From Azolla caroliniana (lineage: Eukaryota; Plantae; Polypodiophyta), in NCBI GenBank assembly GCA_043228905.1, contig JBHGNT010000736.1, forward strand, positions 1 to 16,565: DNA of 16,565 nt, given 5' to 3'. Both the position numbers and the translations under genes were made by a program. This document shows positions 1-10,229 of this stretch, in pieces. Below the pieces are notes generated by a model that saw only the letters and a program-made list of their open reading frames with translations, made no database searches and was not told the origin of the DNA. Every line of letters begins with the position of its first letter. Position 1 is the first letter of the stretch.

Positions 1-812
1 ATGTACTGTATGTAAGGCTCAACATTGGAAGACATGTCGTCCTTGTACGATTGGTAAACTTCCCTTCGAGTAAAGTTATCTGACAAATGAAGTCTTCCTG
101 TCGTTGGCATAACTTCACACTGTTTTGAAAAATATACCTCCATCCACCTAATTGCCTGTTGCCCAATTTGACCCTTACATCCAGAACCATTTTGATCGAA
201 CTGTACCCAGGAGCCCTTCAGAAGTCGCTCTTGAACTCGTTGCAGCCGCATATTTCCAATGCTATGAGTGATTTTAAAAGCTGCTCGACAACACTTGGTA
301 TTTAGTCCAAGGAAATATTCAACTTGCGTTGAATTAGGCCTTGCTTTGTGATCCAATTTAAGTTGCATATGCGAAAGAAGAAATGTATCTTGCTCTTCCC
401 CATTAAGCGACAAGTATTTTTGTCGTGTTTCACGTAACCTTGACTTTCCATAAGTTGATAGACAGAGATTCGCACAACACGATTTGTTCAAGTCGCATAG
501 AAGTTGACGATCAAAACATAAGAAATTAAATCTCTTTTCACTAACTTGTCGAGGAACTCTTTTAAATGCTAGAGGTTTAGTAATGTTATTGTTATCTATC
601 GACGAAGAATCGTCCGCTTGTAAGCTTGCATGAAGAGGGCCATCAACAACATCAATTGAAAACAGAGAATTCGAAGTACTAGGAGCCACACTTTTCTGTT
701 TAAGCCGCGAATGTTTTTTGTGGTCGTACTCTTCTATTGAGAAATACGAGTTGTCTGACAATGAAAAGGGGGCAATAGAAAAAAGAGATGTTCTACTTGT
801 AGAAGAAGACAT
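1..812 (-). CDS. N-terminal 270 codons of a putative Sola2-like (DUF7869-type) DNA transposase; continues beyond the left window edge
   Basis: Manual translation from ATG 812..810 is stop-free to base 1: MSSSTSRTSLF...KSCCANLCLSTYGKSRLRETRQKYLSLNGEEQDTFLL...KCCRAAFKITHSIGNMRLQR...AIRWMEVYFSKQCEVMPTTGRLHLSDNFTRREVYQSYKDD. The series CC-x3-C, C-x2-AF, W-x3-YF-x4-E-x-MP, HL...VY-x2-Y matches my recollection of Sola2-type transposase N-halves. The DDE core would lie outside the window. Confidence 0.65.
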   Translation of the reverse strand, partial: MSSSTSRTSLFSIAPFSLSDNSYFSIEEYDHKKHSRLKQKSVAPSTSNSLFSIDVVDGPLHASLQADDSSSIDNNNITKPLAFKRVPRQVSEKRFNFLCFDRQLLCDLNKSCCANLCLSTYGKSRLRETRQKYLSLNGEEQDTFLLSHMQLKLDHKARPNSTQVEYFLGLNTKCCRAAFKITHSIGNMRLQRVQERLLKGSWVQFDQNGSGCKGQIGQQAIRWMEVYFSKQCEVMPTTGRLHLSDNFTRREVYQSYKDDMSSNVEPYIQY

Positions 813-1109
813 TTGAGGGAGTCTAACTGAATTCTAAAACCTTCTTTTGAGAAAATTAAGGAATGCTAAAGCCTAACTATATAACTACCCGAACACTTAA
901 ATTAACTATATTATTTTCCGACATTTTTCTAAAAAACAAATAATTAAAAATTATTTTTTATTTTAAAAGGAATGCTAAAGTCTTCTATATAAGGAGGTTA
1001 GAAATTTCATTTTCATTATCACGTGAAAGTATCCATCGAGCTCAGAGCACAGGCCAATTTTCGAGCACTCAGAAGCACATCGTCGACAGCACTACCTCCG
1101 GCACGAATC
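813..1109. promoter_or_regulatory. Putative bidirectional promoter between the transposase and ParB-MTase genes
   Basis: 297-bp AT-rich spacer between divergent ATGs (812 and 1110). It has two direct copies of AAGGAATGCTAAAG-N4/5-CTATATAA (858..884, 967..992), each ending in a TATA-like box. Confidence 0.5.
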
Positions 1110-4100
1110 ATGAACAAGGGAAAGAAAATCGTCAGGTTAGTAATATTCTTTACATTTTTTAAGATTCCTAAAGATTCCTTTCCTCAACACATAGAAATTT
1201 TATTTTATTTTGTACAACGAACTTGGAAAGCAATTCTGAAAGGCAGGACCTTCAGCGAAAATCCGATGCACTGCATCGGATTTTGGTTGAAAAAAATGTT
1301 GTTTTTGCGATAAAAAACTATCGCATGGGACCATAAAATTGACGTAATTTAGATGATAATTTGCGTGATTTAGATAAAATTGTACGTTGTTTCTATGTTT
1401 TCACCAACGTTTTTAATTTCAGTGAACCCAGACAAAAAGTTCCTTCATTTAGATTGAAGATTCGATCTCTGACAAAACGAGATTCTGGCTCCTTCATCAA
1501 GGACACGAGTAAAAAGATTTTATTTGACTCAACGGGTGAAGGAGGATCCAAGTCATCTGTGGCTACTACCAAAATCAACAAAGGTAGTACGCAAGAGGAG
1601 AAAACGGTTGAGGTGAAATATAAGGATTACCCCGAACTTGAATGGTGTCTCTCCTATGTCGAGGAGGATGGGGTGTTGTTATTGATAACAGCAAAATCGG
1701 ACGGGGAAGGGAAACTTCAGCTTGGAAAAACATTTAATTACGGGCATGTAACCAAGCTAGAGTACGAAGACATTGACTCTACAAGTATTTTAATCGACGT
1801 CTCAAGCTCAGTTGGCAACAGGCGATTGCGACTTGACGAGGGAAACCTAGTACCCGAATCTTGCAATCCCAAGGCTTTGCGTAAAGACCTGCAAACGAAA
1901 AATAACTTGTTGGTAGCTCTTCGGCCGTACGTGACAGGAGAGATGATGACCGGTGAAGCCGAAACTCCACCGAAAAAGTCTAGGAAGACAAATCCTATTC
2001 AAAAGAAATATACTAAACGACCACGACCCGAAGAAGAAGAAGAAGAAATATTAGAGTTCGTGGAAGAAGAAGACGACCAACAAGTCGACGTCGTGGCTCC
2101 AGGCGGACAACTATCTTCTGGTGTCCTGACGTCAGAACAAAATAAAATAAGAGAAAATATTGTGAAGACTAAACTTGTGCGCAAGGGCCAGCTATTTCAT
2201 TTGCCCATTACTTCTATCCAAAGGCCCCCCATTGACCCCGTGACTGGAAGACGTCCCCTGGAAATTAGGGAGCCGCACTCCGTCCATGTGCAAAACCTGA
2301 AAAGCAAAATGAAAATCAATCCTCACGCTACTGTGGTGCCATTTTTGGTAATGGTTGATCAAGAACAATGCCCAACAGTAGCAGATTTCAAGTATAGCTC
2401 TGCAGACGATTACACATACTATGTAATCGGAGGATCACATTCGGCCGAAGCTCGACGACAGCTTGTCAAAGAATATCCTCTCACGCCGTTCTTCAAGTAC
2501 GCCGAATGTAAGGTATATGCAGGACTAACTCACGAGGAGGCAAAGCTGCTCGCATGGGACCATAACAATGACAACGATTATAGGCAAAAGATGTCATGTA
2601 TAGAGAGGATAAGATTTTTTCATCATGAATACCTGGATGCCTTGAATCGTTTTGGTCCAAGATTGTGGCCTGGATTGCGACGCCAGTGTTTATTGGAAGT
2701 AGGGATTGCAATGGATGAGAGTACCAAATCCGAAGGTCTCCGAAAATATGATTCTTGGTTTCAACTAGCTTTTCGGACCGGAGAGGTGTGGGATCTCCAA
2801 GACAAAATACTCTCTATGTGGGAGCGGAAAGAAGTCAAGGGGCAAAGATCAAAAAAGGGAAGAATTGATCCACAAGTTGAGATGAAATCAAAGACCAAGG
2901 GAAAAAGCGACTTGGTAATCGAGGAGTTAGCAGAGGACATGAAACTTTTACCTTGGAGATCATTACAAGGTATCAAAGATGATAGATTGTTAATATCCGT
3001 GCTATCTCGAGTGGTCGCCAAGGAATTTAGTTTGGACGAGATGGTAACAGACTTGCAAAAGTAAATGTTTATAGTATACCTTTTCATGAAAGTCTTCAAT
3101 TATTTTGAATATCTTATTTCTAATTTCATATTGATTGTGCAATCACAAGGTATACATGAAGATTCAGGAGTTGATGATGCAAAAACTGAGTTTACCGACA
3201 TGGGAAGAAGTTGAACAAGCCTGCCCGATAATTTCTTCCTACAAGGCATTGGAGGAATATTTTATTGTATTTAGAGAATGGGTATGTGTCTTTTGAATGT
3301 TGATATGTTAGAAACTAATGTTCCCTGCTAACAACAATGACACTTGCAGAAACCATCAAAATCGAAAAAGAACAACGACAATAATGACGGTATTCCAGCG
3401 GCCTTCATCACGCACTTAGAACGTGCGAAATATGAGAAGAGAATGACCAAAGGGAAGGAAATGGAACTGCCCAAGGATTCGGAGACTGTAAAGAGTTTTT
3501 TGCATAGGTCCGATCCTTTCAAACAGCTTCATTATAGTGTTTTCAATGGCGAAGTATCTCGGATGCTCGAACTGTTACCGAGAAGGCACTACACTTTGCT
3601 AATAGCTGACATACCATATGGTTTCCGTATTGCGGGATCAACATATGATGATGTGCCTTTCAAGTACCCTCAGATCGAGAAAATGGTAAAGGATTTCGCA
3701 GAACTGACATTGGCCCCCTTGTGGAGGATAGTCATACTTCATAGCATGGGGCAATCACTGTCAGTCACAACAGCTTTGAAGTCCCGTTGTCATGCCACTG
3801 AACACATGCATTGGTGCGTTATAGTTCGCTTTTACTCATTACAGTACTTCTTATTATATGTACACATTTACACCTCTAATACTTGATTTTCTTTCTCTAT
3901 AGGATCAAAACAAATATTACACGTAGCCCTGGCGATCGAATGGTTAGTGCGGTCGAACATTTTTGTGTGGGCTACTATGATTCAATTACAAAGAAGAAGG
4001 CTAGAGCACATGTCAATGAGCGTAACGTGGTTAACTACATCATGTGCCCAGCTGTAACCAAAAAATTAAGACATGTGTCAGGGGATAAAAGTATGGTGAA

Positions 4101-4632
4101 CCCTTATCAAAAACCTCAAAGATTGATCGACCGCCTCATAGAGCTCTTCTCGAATCCAGATGATTGGGTCCTAGACTTGTTCTCTGGCACAGGTATAATA
4201 TATATATTTAATTTCAATCCTGTCGATCAAGTTTAAGACGTTACTTCTTATATATACTTGTTTGTGTTCATGCGACCATTAGGTACAACGACAGCTTGTG
4301 CATTGAAGATGTTTAGAAACTGTGTTGCATTGGAGAAGGACCCTGCTCAAGTTAACTTCATCAAAATGAGGATCACAGGAATCTGGGACTGTCCAGATCA
4401 GGATCAAGAAGCCGGAGCAAAACACATCAACGAGACAGAGATGTTCCAGATGACTTCACGAGAACCAATGGAACCAATTGATGAAGAAGCAAGGGAGCTG
4501 GTGGACCTGGAAGATGTAGCACAGCTTGACCATACATCAGATTCGGGAGAGCTTGGAGATGACACGAATGAAAACAGTCTAAAACAATCAGTGCCAGAGG
4601 AGCCTGCTCTGCCTGATTTGCTTATAGATTGA
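1110..4632 (+). CDS. ParB/Srx-like domain plus beta-class DNA N6-adenine/N4-cytosine methyltransferase fusion protein; six exons, ~960-968 aa
   Basis: Exons: 1110-1135, 1423-3060 (or -3043), 3143 (or 3150)-3281, 3350-3813, 3903-4192, 4283-4632. Introns 1, 3, 4 and 5 are GT..AG with matching phases; intron 2 is ambiguous (see findings). Splicing restores motif I, DWVLDLFSGTG|TTTACALKMFRNCVALEKD, across intron 5. Motif IV LLIADIPYG and NPYQKPQRLIDRLI precede it, which is the beta-class order. The ParB-like segment lies in exon 2. Confidence 0.85.
2195..2620 (+). other. ParB/Sulfiredoxin-like domain within the MTase gene
   Basis: FHLPITSIQRP...REPHSVHVQNLKSKMKIN...VPFLVMVD...YYVIGGSHSAEARRQL...CKVYAGLTHEEAKLLAWDHNNDNDYRQKMSCIE. 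This follows the ParB-N pattern (LxxSI, PxxV, YxIIxGxHR, EA...N..R..LS.IE). Confidence 0.7.
3530..4375 (+). other. N6_N4_Mtase-type catalytic domain, split by introns 4 and 5
   Basis: DIPY at 3608-3619 (motif IV), PYQKP near 4101-4116, and the FxGxG SAM-binding motif DLFSGTG spanning the 4192/4283 splice junction, followed by RNCVALE (motif II). Confidence 0.88.
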
Positions 4633-5869
4633 TGTAGATGGCGTAATGTAAAAATTGAGGATTTTGAGGCATAATGTTCACCATCACTTCATATTATATT
4701 TGTATATGAGAACATCTGTAATTGTTTATCGTTTAATTAAATTCACTTGTTCATAATTTCCCTTTTTAATCATTATTGGAACCGTAGTTTGTATTTACAT
4801 ATAATTGGTCACCATGCTCTTCTTCAGTTTGAGATATTAACATGATATTGTAATTTCTCATTTCCGTTAGCATGACTGTATATGAAAAGGCGAATGTTTT
4901 TGATAATAAGAGGTTTTTAGTTACCTACGATTCAAGTCTACTGGTTCCACATAGTATAAATGAATGTCGTACGTAGTTGTTAATCTTACCAATTACATTG
5001 TCATGAACTATATGACATTATACAATGAAACTATCGATATACCCGTCCAACAAGTGGGGTACTACTTTATTCCTAAACCCAAAACCACATATTTATAATT
5101 ACGGTTTATGTAGTTTTACTCTACAATTTGAATATGGATACCAATTTTAGAACTTTATATTGAACCAAGTCTTCAATTGTGCTCCATGATATGCAAATTG
5201 ACACGAATGTGGACACATATACAATTTAGTAATTGCTAGGTTTTTTTTGTTCTATATTTAACCATCAAGTCGCAAAAGGGGTACGCATGCATCGTATATT
5301 TTCGATATCGGGCTAAAATAGGGTACTTTTCTACATCTGGCCAACTATGCCAAAAGAGAATACGACATATTACCTGTTTCAAATGACCCGGTGTTGCTTA
5401 TTAGTGCTACAGTGGAGGCCTTCTCAAGGTTTATATGTGGTCTTATAGACCAATGTCATCCTTTTTAGTCTTTCACTCTTCTTCTTTGTGACTTGTTATA
5501 GGTCATCATGGCTAGAGCCATTGTAATGATTTCAGCTTAATGATTTTGTCATGTATGCAGAAGTTCTACTAATGAAGAATAATTTTTTTGGGAAAAAAAA
5601 ATGTGGTGGGTGAAATAGAGGTGTAAAACAATGTTTTAGAAAAACAAAATGAGGATTAGAGAGGAACTTCTAAAAGAGACGTCAAACATTTAGTACAAGG
5701 CAAGTGTATAGAAGCAATGCAATATACACAATGTCTTGCACTTTTTTAGTTTAGCATGGTTAAAACTCTCAGTTGTAATGTTTGAAAACAATAAAACATC
5801 GAAATATGGTTATTGTATCATAAATTCAAAAAACATGCTTGTTTATATTAGAAATACCTATATATAACT

Positions 5870-5966
5870 TGTTAGAAATATTGAGAATCGATTAGATAGT
5901 ATATAGAGTTACAACCACAGAGATGGATATGTGAAAACAAAACTTCTATTACATATGAGAGTAGCT
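5870..5966 (-). repeat. Truncated 3' LTR (terminal 97 bp only)
   Basis: Matches 9336..9433 with 4 substitutions and 1 indel, then abuts RT sequence directly. Confidence 0.9.
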
Positions 5967-8900
5967 CAATTTTCAAACACTCTTGTGTTTGGCCAATACA
6001 CTCTTCATGGTCACCAGTAAGTACTAGATCATCCATGTAAATTATGATGATGACATGTTTCCTGTCCTTCATTTTGACATACATACTTGCATTCGAAGCA
6101 CATTGCTTAAAGTCGATTGATTGTAAGAAGCTGTCTATCCTCTTGTTCCAAGCTCTTGGTGCTTGCTTTAGACCATACAATGCCTTCTTAAGCTTGCAAA
6201 CTTTGTTTTCTGAATTCGGCATCTCAAACCCTGGTGGTTGTGTCACGTATACCTCCTCCTTGAGATGCCCATTCAGAAATGCCGATTTGACATCCATTTG
6301 ATAAATTGGCCATCCTCTTGAAGCAGCCAACGTTATGACCCTTCGAATTATTGTCATGCGAGCTATTGGGGCAAATGTTTCTTGTACATTGAACCCTTCA
6401 ATTTGGGAGTATCCTTGCGCTACTAGCCTGGCCTTAAATTTCTCCAAAGAACCATCAGCTTTATACTTTACTTTCCAGACCCACTTGGTGCCTATCACCT
6501 TCCTCTTTGTTGGCCTCTCTACCAACTCCCACGTGTCATTTTTCATGATGTTATCGTACTCTCATATCATCGCCTCTTTCCACTTCGGGCCGGCCATGGC
6601 TTCCTCCACCGAGGTCAGCTCACTCACTGAGCCTATGATGTCCACCATCAGAGCCATGTTGACAATGTGGTCAGAGGTTCTCCCTTGCTCTTGTATTCTT
6701 CTTTATCTTCGTAATCCATCAATTGAAGTTTCAGGAAACTCAACTTTAGGTGTGCGGTCATTGAAGAGTTGTTGAGCCCACTTAGGTATTTTCTTTACAT
6801 GTGGCACTGGCATAGGCTGAACTAGTGAGCCATTACCATCAGATGGTTCAGCTTCCTTTTCTGGATAGTGGGTCGAGATTGGGGGTAATACTTCTTCGGT
6901 TGATGAGATAACTTGAGAATCATTGTTCTCAACTAGTTGTGGTCGTTCCTCATCGAACACCACATCGCGGCTTGTCAATATCTTTCTTGCCTCTGGATCG
7001 TAGAGTCAATAGGCCTTTGACTCTTCACTATATCCGAGAAAGATACACTTCTTGCTTTTAGCGTCCAACTTCTTTCTGCTCACATCTGGAACATGTGTGT
7101 AGCACGTACACCCAAAGGTTCTGAAGTGCAACACTGAAGGTTTCTTGCCTGAATAAGCTTCTTGGGGTGTTTTCCCTTGAAGTGCCTTCTTGTAGCTCCA
7201 ATTGAGGATGTAAACTCCTGTGTTCACTGCTTCAGCCCATAATGGGTCGGGCAACGCTTATGCCTTCAACATACACCTAGCCATCTCGACAACTGTTCGG
7301 TTTTGATGTTCGACAACGCCATTTTGTTTTGGGGTGTAGGCAATTGTAAGTTGGCACTTAATTCCACGCTCTTTGCAATACTCATAGAATTCTATTGATA
7401 AGAATTCTCCACCTCGATTAGAGCATAACTCCTTCACTAACTTTCCGGACTCTCACTCGACAAACTTATGCCATCTTTTGAAGATTTTAAAAGCTTCAGC
7501 CTTCTCCCGAAGGAAGTAAACCCACATCTTTCTACTGAAGTCATCGACTACTAGCGTATAGTAGAGAGATCCACCCATTGCAAGAGTCGCCATTTTTCCA
7601 GAGAGGTCGATGTGTATTAGTTGTAGAGGAGTCTTTGTCCGATTTTGACTCTCTTTTGGAATGGTTGATCTTTGATGCTTGCCCATCATACAAGCATCAC
7701 AAACATGACTCAAGTCAAATAGGGTTGGCAACCCAACTACCATATTTGACTTCTTCATGTCCTTCAACACAGCAACATTGAGATGCCCAAATCTCTCATG
7801 ACATTGCTTTGTGTTAGTACTTGTGTTGTGGTCAGTAGAAATTGTGAACGCACTCAGCTCATAGAGATTGTTGTGCCTTACCCCTATTCCTACAACCTTG
7901 CCAACTGAATCTGTTATTTTTGCACCCAACTTCTTGAATCGAACATCAAGACCCTTGTTGGTCAGTGCAGAAATGGACAATAGATTCTTCTTGAGATCTG
8001 GCACGTACAACACTTGAGAGAGATTCTTTGTCCTGCTAGTCGTTGCTTTGAGGGAGACGGTTCCGGTTCCTTTGGCTGAACATCGGGCATTGTTCCCGAC
8101 CACAACATTGATGGGCTCTTGTAGAGGTGTCCAAGAGTTGTACCAGTCACGATTACTGGTCATATGTCGGGATGCTCCACTATCGAGAATCCAAGAGTCG
8201 TCGACAACTTGAGTGTCAACTGAAGAACACACTTCTTCAGTTGCGACCCATAACTCAAGCTCATCTATGACATTTTTGGCGAACTCGGGCCCTCTCCAAG
8301 AAGTCTTACTAGAACCATTCTTCTCATCCGCCATCTTCTTCCAACAATCCTTGATTGTGTGACCCTTCTTGTCACAGTAGAAACAAGATCCATTGAACTT
8401 CTTCTTCTTTGGTATCTTATTCGCATTGTTTGAATTGGATGCCCCTTTACTCTTAGTCCTAGAGACAAATGCCGAATATTCCCTTCCTTCTCTTGTCCTC
8501 AACCGAAGCTCCTCTTCAAGCAGCATTGCACTTAGTTCATCAAATTTTAAAGGAGTGGGTTGAACCTGAGTGTTCAATGTTGTCACAATGCCATCATACT
8601 TGGAAGGAAGTACTTGAATGCACCGACGAGCCATATCCTCTGGAGAGACAACTACTCCAACAGCTGCCAGTTGATCTTGAAGATCCTTAATCCTTTTTAC
8701 AAAGGATTCTACTTTCTCTCCATCAACGAGCTTCTCTACAGCAAGCTGATTTTTGAGGTTTTGTATCCTTGTATAGTTTCTGGTTTCATACTGGCTAGCC
8801 AATATGCTCCAAGCTTCATTTGCCTTGGTTGTATGTTGCACTAATGTTAGTACATAGTCACATAAACTAGTGAGTATGGTACACAACGCATCAACATTCC

Positions 8901-9152
8901 TTCTCTTCCAGGCTTGAAGTAGATCAGCATTTGGAGGGATTGATGTGGTAGGGTGTGTAGGGTCAAAGGTCACCATGGGCTCAGGTCTCCTCCTGTGGGT
9001 CTCATGATTGTCTCCAACAACTCATAGGAGTCCAAAATGGCAGACTTTTTGAACTTCCATAGAGGGTAGTTGGTTCCATCTAGCTTTCCATCAAACAATG
9101 GAGGTGGGCAAATGCGCAGTGGAGCAGCTGCAACAGTCGTGGACAAGGCCAT
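5967..9152 (-). pseudogene. Copia gag-pol pseudogene (gag, CCHC knuckle, aspartic protease, integrase, partial RT; RNase H missing)
   Basis: Motifs: LDGTNYPLWKF (gag N-terminus), CFYCDKKGHTIKDC, WILDSGASRHMT, HERFGH...[59 protein letters not shown]. One frameshift near 8975 and in-frame stops at 7453, 7258, 7006, 6703 and 6562. Confidence 0.93.
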
Positions 9153-9154
9153 TG

Positions 9155-9279
<125 letters not shown>

Positions 9280-9324
9280 AGACAACAACTACCCGTATAT
9301 ACCTAATCTAGACCAACCTCTCAT

Positions 9325-9335
9325 CTCTAATACCA
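9325..9335 (-). other. Primer-binding site (tRNA-iMet type)
   Basis: The minus strand reads TGGTATTAGAG immediately after the LTR end (...TAACA), one mismatch from the canonical TGGTATCAGAG. Confidence 0.88.
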
Positions 9336-9974
9336 TGTTAGAAATATTGAGAATCTATTAGATAGGTATATAGAGTTACAACCACGGAGATGGATATATG
9401 AAAACAAAACTTATATTACATATGAGAGTAGCTTGACACAATGGTATTTCACCCATGCGCTCACACCTTGGAGTTTAGATGGGATCTGGACCAGCTCACT
9501 ACAAAATTAGTGGGGACTGATGATCATTCCACCACTATGTAAGAGAGTGGATTATATTCTCCGTTTCATCTAAGTGTAACATTAAATGTGCATGTCAGTT
9601 GATAGTAGTGGAGATATTCCTTTTCTGTCAACTGACTTGTCCTTTAATATAACCAACTCCCTAGATACAGGCTAGTGCTAGATAGTACTTATCTTGATGT
9701 CAATGGCACATACTTCAAGACTAAGTACATTATCACTTGCCCACAAAATATTCTAGTTGACTTGATTAGCCAATCCTATTACCTATTTCTCTCTTTCCTA
9801 AATCCATTGTGTCCTACACATCTACGGTTTCCTAGATTAACACCTTATCGACCCATATGGTCAAGTTGCATACTAGCAGCTCCTCATTTGGGGCGCTATC
9901 ACAAAATGTGCACTCTAAGAGCGCATATGGGGATAGATTTACAACTTGGGGCTGATCATTGATTATATCTAACA
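9336..9974 (-). repeat. Full-length 5' LTR (639 bp)
   Basis: Bounded by the 7-bp inverted repeat TGTTAGA...TCTAACA, adjacent to the PBS on one side and the TSD on the other. Confidence 0.88.
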
Positions 9975-10229
9975 TAACTGACCAAACATGGAAACTGGAG
10001 TCCCCTTTAGCACATTAAGATGATTGCTGTCAACCATGTAAATTGTAATTATGAGTACAAGAATTATAGTAAGTTAATGTACAGTAATAAGAAAGACAAT
10101 TATACTAATTTCATTATTTAATTAGAAAATGGCTTCACTAAGTTGTGGTATCATTGCAATATTTTTTTTATAATTGCGTGTTCCAAAATATCATCTTATA
10201 TGTGGCCCCTTCCGAAGAAGGCAATTTTA

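Larger units (their letters stand above)
1..5393 (-). mobile_element. Putative Sola-like DNA transposon (right part) carrying the ParB-MTase gene; right boundary tentative
   Basis: Transposase-like ORF and cargo gene are tightly divergent. CpG density falls sharply after ~5393 (7 CpG in 5271-5393 versus 2 in 5394-5869). The other end is outside the window, so TIR and TSD cannot be verified. Confidence 0.45.

Noticed and set aside
1023-1313. 96-aa ORF
   Set aside because: Only MNKGKKIV (1110-1135) fits as exon 1; the rest is UTR and intron read-through.
1393-3522. Short minus-strand ORFs opposite the MTase gene
   Set aside because: Antisense shadows with no recognisable motifs.
1361-4632. 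Four separate genes or a bacterial operon (ORFs 1361, 3344, 3883, 4258), or bacterial contamination
   Set aside because: These ORFs begin at TTG codons inside AT-rich introns. Phase-consistent splicing joins them and restores the FxGxG motif, and the flanks are a plant Copia element and ATG5.
5872-5966. C-terminal part of the 224-aa RT ORF ([10 protein letters not shown]...)
   Set aside because: Read-through into the LTR after the deletion junction, not RT sequence.
6044-8844. Plus-strand and off-frame ORFs within the Copia element
   Set aside because: Shadows of gag-pol with no independent coding signal.
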